From the IMG/VR virus record IMGVR_UViG_3300029288_000071, positions 143,031 to 207,030 of that record: 64,000 nucleotides of DNA. One strand, given 5' to 3'. The notes under the pieces were generated by a model. The model saw only the letters and a program-made list of their open reading frames with translations, ran no database searches and was not told where the DNA came from. The DNA comes from a virus. Its lineage: Duplodnaviria; Caudoviricetes. A program made the position numbers and the translations under genes. Of the stretch, positions 50,236 through 59,760 are shown piece after piece (the first letter of the stretch is position 1; every line of letters starts with the position of its first letter).

Positions 50236-50555
50236 TATGTAGCATTACTTTCTAAAATTTGAATTATTTTATTAATTGAAGTAGGTACTCTTAAAAGCTT
50301 ACCTGAAATTAATGAAGCATCAAAAGGTGTTCTTAAGCCATTAATTAAACATATAGCCCACCAATATCTTCCATCTCCTAAATATTGATAAGCTAAATTA
50401 TCTATTCTTTGTCCTATCTTTATTTTTACAAAAATATCTGATGAACTATATAAATCTTCCGGATTTATTGCTGGAAGAATTGACATTATAGTTTGCTGAA
50501 TATTATTAGAATCTTTAAGCTGTTTAATTTGTTGAAAAGAATATCGTTCTGTCAT
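50235..50555 (-). CDS. LysM/tail-X-like baseplate wedge protein (gp53-like)
   Basis: GQRIDNLAYQYLGD..YWWAI...N...G..LRVP. Confidence 0.8.
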   Translation of the reverse strand: MTERYSFQQIKQLKDSNNIQQTIMSILPAINPEDLYSSSDIFVKIKIGQRIDNLAYQYLGDGRYWWAICLINGLRTPFDASLISGKLLRVPTSINKIIQILESNAT

Positions 50556-50557
50556 AA

Positions 50558-51880
50558 TTATTTGAGTTCTTTAGCAGCTATTACTTCTGCATCTTCAGAA
50601 GTAAAATCTTCTTTGAATTTAACTTTGTGTTTTTCAGGAAGAATAAAAGAATAAAAATCTGATGATTGTATATCTTGAGATAATGATTGTGGCGAATTTC
50701 TCATGAACTTATCATGTAAAATTGTAAATGCCATTGTAACATTTACTCCATGGGGCATAATCATATTTTTACTTAATTCCCATAAAGCATTTTCTTCCAT
50801 ATCCCAATCAAACTCCAGATTAGTTATAATTCCAGGAGTATCTCTAAATAAATCTCCAATAGTAATTTTAATTACTGGAGCTTCATAAATAATTTTTGAA
50901 TTAGTATTTGCTAAATCAACATAAGTAGGGTAACAATGCTTTGCTAGCCAATTAATTCTCTGTTTAACTAACCAAAGTGATTCTTTATTGTTAGCAAAAA
51001 TTGTAAACATGAAATTTAATGTTCTAGCAGTATTAGCATAAGTATAAATAGAAGTACTTCTACCAAAATAAGATTTTTCAGACCATTTAGGAGCATAAGT
51101 TTCTTTAATACCTTTAAATGTAGCTTGAAAAGAAATAAATTTTTCTGAATAATCTTGTTCACCATAATTTAGAGATTCAAAAAAGAAAGGAAAAGACATT
51201 CCATCAATTTTTGTTTCAGGTTTTAGATTTGAAGTTGCATCAGCTTCTAAATCTGGATTAAATTGTAAGTCTCCCTTTGAATTGAAACTTCTTTCAGTTT
51301 TATCTTTAATTGCATTTGTTTCAAAAGCTCTTTCAGTAACATCTTTCATTTGATCAGTAGCAAGAGAAGTATTCCCAAAAATAGATTCATAATTAGAACC
51401 TTCTATTGTTTTTATAGCTACACCTGATATTTTTGAAGCAGAAATACTATTACCATAAGTTTTTGCATAAGAAGTTTGAGGAGAAGGTCTAAGAGTTTCA
51501 TCACCAAGAGTAGTTGGTATAACTCCTTCACCCGGAATTACTCCTGATACTACAGCAACATTAATATAAGAAGTATGAGGATTAAGTGCATAAAGAGCAG
51601 TTTGACCTGCAATAAAAGCAGCAATTCTTGTTGGTGATACATTTTTATTAATATTATGCATGAGTTCTTTATCTGCATCTAATATATTAGTAGGCGCTGG
51701 ATGGCTTGAAGTAAATTCTCCTTGATTTAAAGTCTTTGTTATCATAGTTTGATCAGGATTTTTAACACTAATAGCATCTCCAAATTTAACTTTATATTCG
51801 GGTAATTTTATAAATTCTGATGGAGGAACTTTAGTTAAAATTTCTGCCATTATCTCTCCCATACTTCGCCCATTTTCCAT
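50558..51880 (-). CDS. tail tube initiator / tube-like baseplate protein
   Basis: F.A...I.E.Y.P.W....Y.GR....Y.Y....R...F, YP, P.I...IGD. Confidence 0.65.
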   Translation of the reverse strand: MENGRSMGEIMAEILTKVPPSEFIKLPEYKVKFGDAISVKNPDQTMITKTLNQGEFTSSHPAPTNILDADKELMHNINKNVSPTRIAAFIAGQTALYALNPHTSYINVAVVSGVIPGEGVIPTTLGDETLRPSPQTSYAKTYGNSISASKISGVAIKTIEGSNYESIFGNTSLATDQMKDVTERAFETNAIKDKTERSFNSKGDLQFNPDLEADATSNLKPETKIDGMSFPFFFESLNYGEQDYSEKFISFQATFKGIKETYAPKWSEKSYFGRSTSIYTYANTARTLNFMFTIFANNKESLWLVKQRINWLAKHCYPTYVDLANTNSKIIYEAPVIKITIGDLFRDTPGIITNLEFDWDMEENALWELSKNMIMPHGVNVTMAFTILHDKFMRNSPQSLSQDIQSSDFYSFILPEKHKVKFKEDFTSEDAEVIAAKELK

Positions 51881-53913
51881 GAATCTAATCTAATTACGGG
51901 TCTTCTACTTTTTTCAAATTCTTTTAATTGTTCAGCTGTTAAAGGAGTCCCACCTTTTAAAAATTCTGGTACTGGTGCATTTTTAATTTTTTCTTCAGTT
52001 TTAGCTTCTCTTTCTTTTGCTGCAGCAATATTTTCTGCTTCTGTTGGAATACCTAGAGCTCTTAATACTGAATCTACAGGATGAGCAATAATAGTTAATA
52101 ATGGTACTATTTCACCTACTACATGACCTAAAATCTTATCAACTACAGCAAAAATTTGTCCTAGAATTTGATCTGTTACAGTTGTTAATTCTCCTAAACC
52201 TAAAGCTGCTTCTGCTTCTGTTTTTTGAGCTTTTGCAGTTTGAGCTTTTTGTCTTAAAATATCTGCTTGTTTTTTAATTGATTCAGCATCTAATGGTCCA
52301 CCCATTTTAATTGCAGATCTAATTGATTCCCAAGTTCCAGCTTTTTTGAATCCTGCTATATCTTCTCTACTAAAAGTTTGCATTGCTTTTTGGGTAATTC
52401 TAGCTTCTGCATCCATTGCTGAATATCTTGCTTGCATTTCAGCTGCTGAACCTAAACCTAATTGTTGAGCAATCATTTCTCTTCTAATTCTAGATGTAGA
52501 TTGACTTTCAAATGTTGCTCTTACACTACGTAACATTTGTTCCTGCATACTTAAAGAACTTCCAAAATTAGCTTGAGTGTATAATGCTAAAGCATTAAAT
52601 CTTTGTCCTGTTAAAAATGTTAATTGTACTGCTTTTTCAGCAGCTCCTTCCCAGGTTTGGAATCCTCTTGCAGTTGCTTGTTGAGATTCTAATGTTGTTC
52701 CCATTAATCTAGCATTAATTGCTGCTCTTGCAAAAGCATCTGCAGTACCATTTGTATTTATTCTCAAAAGTGCTGCATTATCTGTTACATCTTTTAATAT
52801 TGTATTTAAACTAACTCCACTTTCAATAGCTAATGCAGACATTCCTGCAAAAGCTGGTGCAATTTTACTTTCAGATATTCCTGCACCTCTTTCAAGCATA
52901 TAAACCATTCTTCCAGCTTCTTCTGCACTTATTCCTAATCTATCAGATAAAGCATTTACAGCTTTAATGTTACTTTCAGTAATAGCTTTTAAATCTCCAC
53001 CAAAAGCACTTGAAAGACCTCCAGCTGCTTCTGTTGATTTTTTCAAAGCTTCTACTTGAGAAACACGATTTAAAGTAGCTGTTTGTAAAGCTTGAGCTGC
53101 TGCAGTGATTCTAGCTCTTAATGGATTAGTTTCTCCTAATCCCCAACCTCTAATTCCTGTAGCTTTTACTATTTCTGAATCAAAAGCAACTGTTTGTTTA
53201 AAAAGAGCTACAAATCTTTCTGTAAGAAATGCAATTGCACCACCAATCAGAATTATTGCAGGTGCAATTTTTGTCAAACTTCCTGCTATTTTTTCAAATG
53301 CTGCTCCAAATCCAGTTCCAGCTCCTATATCAGAAGCCATTTTACCAGTTATTGCTCCTTCATGTTTTCCAGCCCAAGTTTCAAAAGCTTTTGACATTGA
53401 ACCACCACCAAGAAAACTTGAAATTTTATTAATTGCTTGAGAATATAGTTGCTTTGATTTATTTAAATTTCTTTCATGTACTTGTTGTGCTTCTAACTCT
53501 TTTAAAATTGTTCCTTCAATTGCATTTCTTCTTTCAGCAGTCATTTTTTCTTCTTTAGCAATTTTGGCAAGAGCTTTTAATCTCATATCAGCAATAGTAT
53601 ACATATTGCTTTCAATAGAAGCCATAGAATTGCCCATTTTAATTTTTTGTTGCAATTGATCTTCAATTGTTTTTTGATATTTACTAAAAGCTCTAATACC
53701 TGGGCCAAATAAATTCTCGCTTCCGGAAATATTAGCAGCAAGTTTTTCCATATTTTTAGAAGCTTCTTCTACAAATCTTGAAAAAGTTTTCATTCCTGCC
53801 ATACCTTTAGCAGCTTCTAATTGCGCAAACTTCCATCTTAAAGCAGTATCTTGAGCAGATTTACCACCACTAAATAGATCTTCTTCTTCTATGTCATCTA
53901 TATTTCTTGGCAT
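51850..53913 (-). CDS. tape measure protein
   Basis: 687 aa Ala/Gly-rich helical protein between the chaperones and the baseplate genes. Confidence 0.8.
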   Translation of the reverse strand: MPRNIDDIEEEDLFSGGKSAQDTALRWKFAQLEAAKGMAGMKTFSRFVEEASKNMEKLAANISGSENLFGPGIRAFSKYQKTIEDQLQQKIKMGNSMASIESNMYTIADMRLKALAKIAKEEKMTAERRNAIEGTILKELEAQQVHERNLNKSKQLYSQAINKISSFLGGGSMSKAFETWAGKHEGAITGKMASDIGAGTGFGAAFEKIAGSLTKIAPAIILIGGAIAFLTERFVALFKQTVAFDSEIVKATGIRGWGLGETNPLRARITAAAQALQTATLNRVSQVEALKKSTEAAGGLSSAFGGDLKAITESNIKAVNALSDRLGISAEEAGRMVYMLERGAGISESKIAPAFAGMSALAIESGVSLNTILKDVTDNAALLRINTNGTADAFARAAINARLMGTTLESQQATARGFQTWEGAAEKAVQLTFLTGQRFNALALYTQANFGSSLSMQEQMLRSVRATFESQSTSRIRREMIAQQLGLGSAAEMQARYSAMDAEARITQKAMQTFSREDIAGFKKAGTWESIRSAIKMGGPLDAESIKKQADILRQKAQTAKAQKTEAEAALGLGELTTVTDQILGQIFAVVDKILGHVVGEIVPLLTIIAHPVDSVLRALGIPTEAENIAAAKEREAKTEEKIKNAPVPEFLKGGTPLTAEQLKEFEKSRRPVIRLDSWKMGEVWER

Positions 53914-53919
53914 TTTTTA

Positions 53920-54129
53920 TTAAAATATACCTTTTTTATTTAATCTATCTATAGTATCTAAATCTTTTTGAATATCAGCAGCTATTTGTTTTAACTCACT
54001 TCCATGTTTATTTACTATTTCTCTAAATTCTGGATCTTTTAGCCCTTCTTTTCTAGCAGTATGCAATACAATTGCTTTAAGTATTGCGTCAAGAAGGGTA
54101 TTTTCATTGATTTTTCTTTTTTTAGCCAT
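53920..54129 (-). CDS. hypothetical protein
   Basis: MAKKRKINE..., 69 aa. Confidence 0.55.
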   Translation of the reverse strand: MAKKRKINENTLLDAILKAIVLHTARKEGLKDPEFREIVNKHGSELKQIAADIQKDLDTIDRLNKKGIF

Positions 54130-54130
54130 A

Positions 54131-54334
54131 TTATTTTTTTGGATTTTCAGCTTCAAGCTGTTTGGTTAATCTGTTAACAAACCATCTTCTTTTGCTGATA
54201 GGTAAGTTTATTACATCTTCATAAGTCATTGAAGTTTTATAAACAAGTAGAAAAATTTCTTCAAGAACATTTGTTTTATATAACTTTAAAAGATTTTTTT
54301 GATTAGCTTCGTATATTTCGCGTTCTTTGTCCAT
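54131..54334 (-). CDS. tail/baseplate assembly chaperone, small subunit (gp51-like)
   Basis: EEIF.L......YEDV..LP..KR.WF...L. Confidence 0.7.
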   Translation of the reverse strand: MDKEREIYEANQKNLLKLYKTNVLEEIFLLVYKTSMTYEDVINLPISKRRWFVNRLTKQLEAENPKK

Positions 54335-54983
54335 AATCAACTTGAGTTATTACTTTATTAACTCTTTGAAATTCCCAACTAAAAATTTCCGGATTATCTT
54401 CAAGAATTTTTTTTAATTGCATTGGTTGAAAAGTATCAGGTAGCCATTGATGTAATATATTTCTTAAATTTTTCCATCGTTCTGAATGTAATTCAGTTAA
54501 TTTGTCTAAATAAATATAAGTTTGTTTGGTACAAAATACATGTTTTGTAAACCAATTATTTTCTTTTTCTACATCATGATGAATCCAACTTAAAATTTTA
54601 AATTTCTTCCCTAAAGGATTCAAAACATTTTCCCATAAACTCTTCCAACCAAACCAAGGCCATGCTAAATATGCATATGAATCATTAAGAAATAAATTTG
54701 TACAATAATCTAGAGCATAATTTATTTCTTCTTGAGTTGCTCCTTTTACACTGTAGCACCATACATTGTATTCTTCATCATCATCAAAAAAAGTTTTCCA
54801 TAAAACATGAACACATCCGTTGTATTCTGCGGATAAAACCATAGACATATTTCTTTTTGAACCAGTAGGATACGTAAAAAAACAACCATGAGTTGCTCCT
54901 TTTCCATTAACAAAGTGTTGCAATTTATCAAATATGTCATTTCCATCTCCCAATATAATGTTACCTTCTTTTAAGTTAAGCAT
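54303..54983 (-). CDS. permuted papain-like (NlpC/P60, YiiX-like) protein
   Basis: L..G.II, ATHG (His before Cys), Y.Y, VFCT. Confidence 0.5.
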   Translation of the reverse strand: MLNLKEGNIILGDGNDIFDKLQHFVNGKGATHGCFFTYPTGSKRNMSMVLSAEYNGCVHVLWKTFFDDDEEYNVWCYSVKGATQEEINYALDYCTNLFLNDSYAYLAWPWFGWKSLWENVLNPLGKKFKILSWIHHDVEKENNWFTKHVFCTKQTYIYLDKLTELHSERWKNLRNILHQWLPDTFQPMQLKKILEDNPEIFSWEFQRVNKVITQVDYGQRTRNIRS

Positions 54984-55004
54984 TATGAGAGTCTCCCTTT
55001 AATT

Positions 55005-55778
55005 TTATGCTCTCCAGAAAAAATTAAAGCTAATTGGCATTATGATTTTTGTCTGGTAACCACATTTTTTACATTCAAAATCTTGTCTTGTATCAATATC
55101 TGGTGATATTTCTTCAATATAATTTCTTAGTGCAACAGAATCCATTATGGGCAATTGTCTAGATTCAATAAATGTAGCAATTTTTGCTTTATCTGTAACA
55201 CCATCAATTGAAGTAATCAGTTTTTTTAGTCTTATAGTAACATTTTGTTCTTTATCAGTAGAATTTTGAATTTTTTTAATCAAATTAGAAATTTCTTTTT
55301 CATCTTCTGCTGTAGAAAGTTTAAAAGTAATTTTCTTTTTTGATTTAGGCAAAGTAAATTCAAATTCATTAAATCCTTCAGATATTGGTTGCGTTTTAAG
55401 CCATTTAACTGGTAAATTATTTATATCAAATTCATATTTTGCATTTGTTTCACCACAACTTTCACATTTAACATCTGTTTTATAGGAATTTCCATAGCTT
55501 GCTAAAATTAATCCAGCAATAATAGAATTTCTATCACCAACCAATATTTTTTCAGGTTCAATATCTTTTTGCATAATACAAGCTTTTACAACTTCATCTA
55601 TTGCTTTTCCAGTTCTAATTAAAGCTAAAGAAGTAAGTAAATCTTCTTCATTAGCAGTCATTTCTCTTACATTAAGACTCTCTTGTTTAAACAGTGGAGA
55701 ATCTTTTGGATATAAAATACCTTTACTTGGAAGTGGAACTGATATTGTAGTTAGAAACTGTTCTAAATTTTTTTCCAT
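55005..55778 (-). CDS. baseplate hub assembly chaperone (gp26-like)
   Basis: LPSKG.LY, MTA.EED.L, GDRN, C..CG, F.LP.SK, DS..LR, C..C, NFFW. Confidence 0.8.
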   Translation of the reverse strand: MEKNLEQFLTTISVPLPSKGILYPKDSPLFKQESLNVREMTANEEDLLTSLALIRTGKAIDEVVKACIMQKDIEPEKILVGDRNSIIAGLILASYGNSYKTDVKCESCGETNAKYEFDINNLPVKWLKTQPISEGFNEFEFTLPKSKKKITFKLSTAEDEKEISNLIKKIQNSTDKEQNVTIRLKKLITSIDGVTDKAKIATFIESRQLPIMDSVALRNYIEEISPDIDTRQDFECKKCGYQTKIIMPISFNFFWRA

Positions 55779-55832
55779 TTTTACTATCTTTCATGTTATT
55801 TTTTTCACGTAGAAGCAGCGCGAAACTGATTA

Positions 55833-56324
55833 TTAATAAAGTAGAACCGCTTGATCATAACGTATTGTTAAATCAATATTTACAGGAGTATCATCTTTAT
55901 AATCTAAGTTATTATATTTTACTACTTTTATCCATCCACCTTTTATTTGCCATTTTTCAGCAACACCTCCTGGGGGATCTAAAAGTTTAATTTCAAAATC
56001 TTTTTTATAAATAGCAGAATATCCTGCTCTTCCTGTAAGTTGCTCATAACACAATTTGACCCATTGGTCTACTTTTTGAGCTGCTGATGGAGCAAGTGGA
56101 TCCCAAAGAGTTAAAGCAAAATCATCAGGTGTAAATTTACCTGCTAAATATCTTTTACTGTTTATATAATCAATAACTTGTTCATTAAAAGTTCCACCAC
56201 CTGGTCTTGTTGCTGTCATACAGGTGTAAGCATCAAGTCCTGCAAGAGAAAGAATCCATTGATGTTTTCTTTTTGGTTCTGCAGTGTTTGCTAACATTTG
56301 ATCGACTGTTAATATGTCTGCCAT
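55833..56324 (-). CDS. tail tube protein (gp19-like)
   Basis: EPKR, YIN..RY.AGK, L.DP..PS..Q.V..W, GY...YKKD, LDP.G...EKW. Confidence 0.9.
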   Translation of the reverse strand: MADILTVDQMLANTAEPKRKHQWILSLAGLDAYTCMTATRPGGGTFNEQVIDYINSKRYLAGKFTPDDFALTLWDPLAPSAAQKVDQWVKLCYEQLTGRAGYSAIYKKDFEIKLLDPPGGVAEKWQIKGGWIKVVKYNNLDYKDDTPVNIDLTIRYDQAVLLY

Positions 56325-56364
56325 TTTTTATTCCTCAAATTAAGTTGATAAATTTAAAGTCATA

Positions 56365-56373
56365 ATAAATATC
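56365..56373 (-). promoter_or_regulatory. putative late promoter GATATTTAT
   Basis: Lies between the sheath terminator and the tube start. Confidence 0.55.
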
Positions 56374-56394
56374 TTTTAGAAGCAATTTCCAATC

Positions 56395-56425
56395 AAAAAA
56401 ATAGGGAACTTTTCAATTCCCTATT
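56395..56425 (-). terminator. intrinsic terminator after the tail sheath gene
   Basis: Minus strand AATAGGGAAT-TGAAAA-GTTCCCTATT followed by a T run. Confidence 0.8.
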
Positions 56426-56454
56426 GTTTAAAAATATAGCATTTAATTCAATAC

Positions 56455-58809
56455 TTAAGCTGCGAATGCCACTCCAGTTCTTGTTAAGTTAAATGTAAAG
56501 ATAAAGATTTCTGCAGTTCTTGTTGGTTGAATATAAATATCTCCTATTAAAATGTTTCTGTCAATAACATCTGGTGTATTATTAGAATCATCACATACAA
56601 CTTGGAACTTTTCAATTCCTTGTTGTTTTTGTATTGTTTCAAGTATAGGATTAATTGCATTTACAATATCACTTCTTGTTTTGCTATTGTTTGCTTCAAA
56701 TACATAATATTTTGCAACCGCAGCAATAGTTTTTCTTGCATACAACATTAATCTTCGTACATTAACTCTATCAAGAGCAGAAGCTGCAGTTTGAAGAGTT
56801 TTCTGACCCCAAACAACAATACCTTGACCAGCAAAAGTAGTTATTGGATTTACTTTTCCTAAATACAAAGTATCTCTTTGTGCTTGTGTTACTCTCTTTC
56901 TTGCTTCAAATACATTAAGAACTCCTCTATTCATACCTGCAGGTGCCCACCAAGCAGCTCCTACTTTATCATTGAATGCATAAGCTCCCATAACAACTGT
57001 AGAAGCAGGAACCCAAACAAATTTATTATTATCTGTATCAAGAATTCTAACTGATGGGAAATAACAAGCAGCATAACTTGAATCAAATCCTTGTGCAGTT
57101 GTAACAACTCCATTTACAGTAGAATTAAGTATAGCACCTGAAGTAGTTGTATGAGTACTATCAGCAATATCCATGATATAGAAAGCATCTCCTCTATTAG
57201 TTACCATTTCAAGAGCTTTTTGAGGGATAGATCCCTGTGCTGCAGGACCTCCAGCAAAAACTCCTGGAATAGTTAGAAGATTAAAATCTAATTCATCAGG
57301 ATTTCCAAGTACTTTTACTGCATTCCAAAAATCTGCTGAAAGTGTACCATCTAAAAGCAATTGTAATTTATCTTTTCTTGGATCAATTCCATCCCAACCA
57401 CCATAGAAAGGAGCTGTAAATCTAATTAGACTATCATAAACAGTTGCTGAAGTTGAAATGGCAGTGCTTGAAGCATCAATAAAATTATAAGATGCCGTTA
57501 AATTTCCTGAAGATGATTTTTCTCCAGTAGTAGATGCAATTAAAAATCCTTTTGTAACAGATCCTGATGTACTTGCAGAAATTCCAGTTACATAAAATGG
57601 AAGTCGATTTTTTGCACCTAATTGTGTAGAATCAAATCCCATAAAAACTTTAGAATCTTTTACACTTGTAAAATTAGTGTGATCAGTTTTAAAAGGTGTT
57701 TTAAAATAAGGACCAGAAACTGTTAATCCCATTGCAGGAATAGCTTTAAAACCAGATGGCTTAGAATTTGCTGGCCATCCGCCTTCTTGACCTGCCATTT
57801 CAACTCTAACATATGAGCTTGCATTTTCATATTCTCCATCATATACTAATTCAGGAGGTTCAATGGTTGTATTAAATGTTTTTGTTCTATCACCAATTAC
57901 TCTCTTTATATATGCATTTGAAGTAGGATCAAGATTACAAGTAAATGTTTCAAGAACTACTGGTCTTTGGTCTGTATCACTAAAATCTCTTATTGATATA
58001 ACAAATGTAGGATAACTTGATAATGATACTTGTGAAGTGTCAACTGAAATACTTACTTTTATATCAGTATTTGCAGCATCTCCATCACCAAGAGTAGCTA
58101 ATCTAAATAAATCATAAACTGAACCATTAAAATTCTGTGATACTATCCAAGGTGTATATCCTGGAGAATATCCTCCAATTGCTGAATTAAAGCTTGAAGT
58201 TGCAGTAGCACTTCCTGTAACAGCAGAAGAAGCAAAATATGCATAATCAAAAATTTCTTCAACATAAACACTTGTAATTGAATCACCTGCAGCTGCAGCA
58301 AATGGATTTGTACCTAAAACTTTTCCAATATAACTTGAATCTGCATAATTTAATGAAAGATTAGTTGCAGAAACACCATCAACATTGAGTGTAAAATTAT
58401 TTGAAACTCCTGTTATTGTAGCAGCAGTTATACTTGATCTTGCTCTTAAAATTGCCATTGCAGTTGCAGTTCCAGTTATTGTAGTGTTAACATTTCCAGT
58501 GGCAGGAAAAGCCAAAATAATTGCATTACCTAAAGTAGTAGGAGTTTGTGTAGATAAAACTCTTACAATATTTAAAGTACTTAAATTTTGTAAATAATTT
58601 TTTGCTGTATAAGGAACATAAAGTTTGGTATCTAAATTTCCAAACGTATTTCTAAATTCTGTAAAATTTGTAACTTTTGTAGGTTGAAAAGCAGGACCTT
58701 TTTGAGTCAATCCTATAATTGCTCCACCAATTGCAGCAACTCCTTGCGGAATAAAAGATTGATCATTTTCTTGAGTGAATATCCCAGGTGATACTGTGAC
58801 TAATGACAT
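56455..58809 (-). CDS. tail sheath protein (gp18-like)
   Basis: VSPG...E.D, G...KGPAF.P, PAGMNRG, RDTLY...VNPI, WGQKTLQ...SALDRVNVRRL. Confidence 0.95.
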   Translation of the reverse strand: MSLVTVSPGIFTQENDQSFIPQGVAAIGGAIIGLTQKGPAFQPTKVTNFTEFRNTFGNLDTKLYVPYTAKNYLQNLSTLNIVRVLSTQTPTTLGNAIILAFPATGNVNTTITGTATAMAILRARSSITAATITGVSNNFTLNVDGVSATNLSLNYADSSYIGKVLGTNPFAAAAGDSITSVYVEEIFDYAYFASSAVTGSATATSSFNSAIGGYSPGYTPWIVSQNFNGSVYDLFRLATLGDGDAANTDIKVSISVDTSQVSLSSYPTFVISIRDFSDTDQRPVVLETFTCNLDPTSNAYIKRVIGDRTKTFNTTIEPPELVYDGEYENASSYVRVEMAGQEGGWPANSKPSGFKAIPAMGLTVSGPYFKTPFKTDHTNFTSVKDSKVFMGFDSTQLGAKNRLPFYVTGISASTSGSVTKGFLIASTTGEKSSSGNLTASYNFIDASSTAISTSATVYDSLIRFTAPFYGGWDGIDPRKDKLQLLLDGTLSADFWNAVKVLGNPDELDFNLLTIPGVFAGGPAAQGSIPQKALEMVTNRGDAFYIMDIADSTHTTTSGAILNSTVNGVVTTAQGFDSSYAACYFPSVRILDTDNNKFVWVPASTVVMGAYAFNDKVGAAWWAPAGMNRGVLNVFEARKRVTQAQRDTLYLGKVNPITTFAGQGIVVWGQKTLQTAASALDRVNVRRLMLYARKTIAAVAKYYVFEANNSKTRSDIVNAINPILETIQKQQGIEKFQVVCDDSNNTPDVIDRNILIGDIYIQPTRTAEIFIFTFNLTRTGVAFAA

Positions 58810-59007
58810 TCTTTTTCTCTATCTAAAATAAAATTACAATTCATATTTTCTTGTATTAATTTTTGTCTCTGTAAATCATGTTCTTTTTGTTTTTCATGAC
58901 GTTTTTCATATACTTCATAAACAGTATTTCATCTCATGATGTCTCTGTAGATGTCTAGCAAAACTTCTATTAGAACTATAATATGAATTGCAAATTAAAC
59001 AAATCAT
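58800..59007 (-). pseudogene. internally deleted homing-endonuclease gene
   Basis: 58915-59007 encodes MICLICNSYYSSNRSFARHLQRHHEMKYCL* (C2H2 finger). Another frame, 58800-58928, encodes NTVYEVYEKRHEKQKEHDLQRQKLIQENMNCNFI, matching the C-terminus of 2371..3060. Confidence 0.8.
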
Positions 59008-59121
59008 TTAGATTATAAAAATTTGAATTATTCGTTAACTTAATGTGAGCTACCAAAGCTCTGAGACCTCATTAAGTTTTTGTGTGTTACAGTCCAACTG
59101 TAAACACTAAACTTCTTAAAC

Positions 59122-59130
59122 ATAAATATC
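59122..59130 (-). promoter_or_regulatory. putative late promoter GATATTTAT
   Basis: Intergenic, upstream of the HEG remnant and the sheath gene. Confidence 0.5.
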
Positions 59131-59151
59131 AAAATAATCTTAATGAAGTTA

Positions 59152-59760
59152 TTAAGAGTTTGTGATTTCTGATATTTTCTTAATATTAGAAAGCGCTGTA
59201 GGGTAAACTGTTTTAATTTTTGCTTGAGAAACACCAGCTACTTTAGAAATTTTAGTTGCACTAGATAATTCTCCATAGATAACAAAATAATAATCACCTT
59301 CTGAATCAGTCCAATTTGATCCTCCATCAGTTGAGTATAAAAAACTTCCGTAAGGATATTCATCATTGGCATTATAACTCATTTGCCAAACATTTCCAAA
59401 AACAGGTTCAGCTTGATGTAATACTAACCAATATTGAGTATTAATATTAAAAGAAAAATTATTATCAAATATTACTTTAGTTATACCTGTAGCACTAGGA
59501 CCAGCTATAGTCTTTGTTGCATTAGCATCTATTAAATTTCCTGAAGGCTTACCACCATCATCAGTTTGTATTGAAATTGTCCAATCAGGTTTAGTAATAG
59601 GTACATCTAATATTTTAACTTCTATTGAAGTTATTAATCCTGAATTTTGAATTTGAAATCCCTGTGCATGAGGAGTAATAGTAGTATAACCACTATTACC
59701 AAAGTATAAATAATTACTATTATCTGTGTTTGTAAAAGATGTTAAAACTACTTCAGCCAT
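59152..59760 (-). CDS. hypothetical beta-sandwich virion accessory protein
   Basis: AQGF, I.TD.GG.PSG, YWLVL, D..F.IYG; located in the tail module. Confidence 0.6.
   Translation of the reverse strand: MAEVVLTSFTNTDNSNYLYFGNSGYTTITPHAQGFQIQNSGLITSIEVKILDVPITKPDWTISIQTDDGGKPSGNLIDANATKTIAGPSATGITKVIFDNNFSFNINTQYWLVLHQAEPVFGNVWQMSYNANDEYPYGSFLYSTDGGSNWTDSEGDYYFVIYGELSSATKISKVAGVSQAKIKTVYPTALSNIKKISEITNS

Noticed and set aside
54985-55030. Possible -1 frameshift at T TTT TTC near the end of the gp26-like chaperone (lambda G/GT style)
   Set aside because: Both alternative frames stop within about 14 codons and an unrelated gene separates it from the second chaperone ORF
1801-58597. All plus-strand ORFs in the track and nested minus-strand ORFs (21002, 22096, 54746, 59040)
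   Set aside because: Short, antisense to or nested in well-supported genes, with no motifs; shadow ORFs
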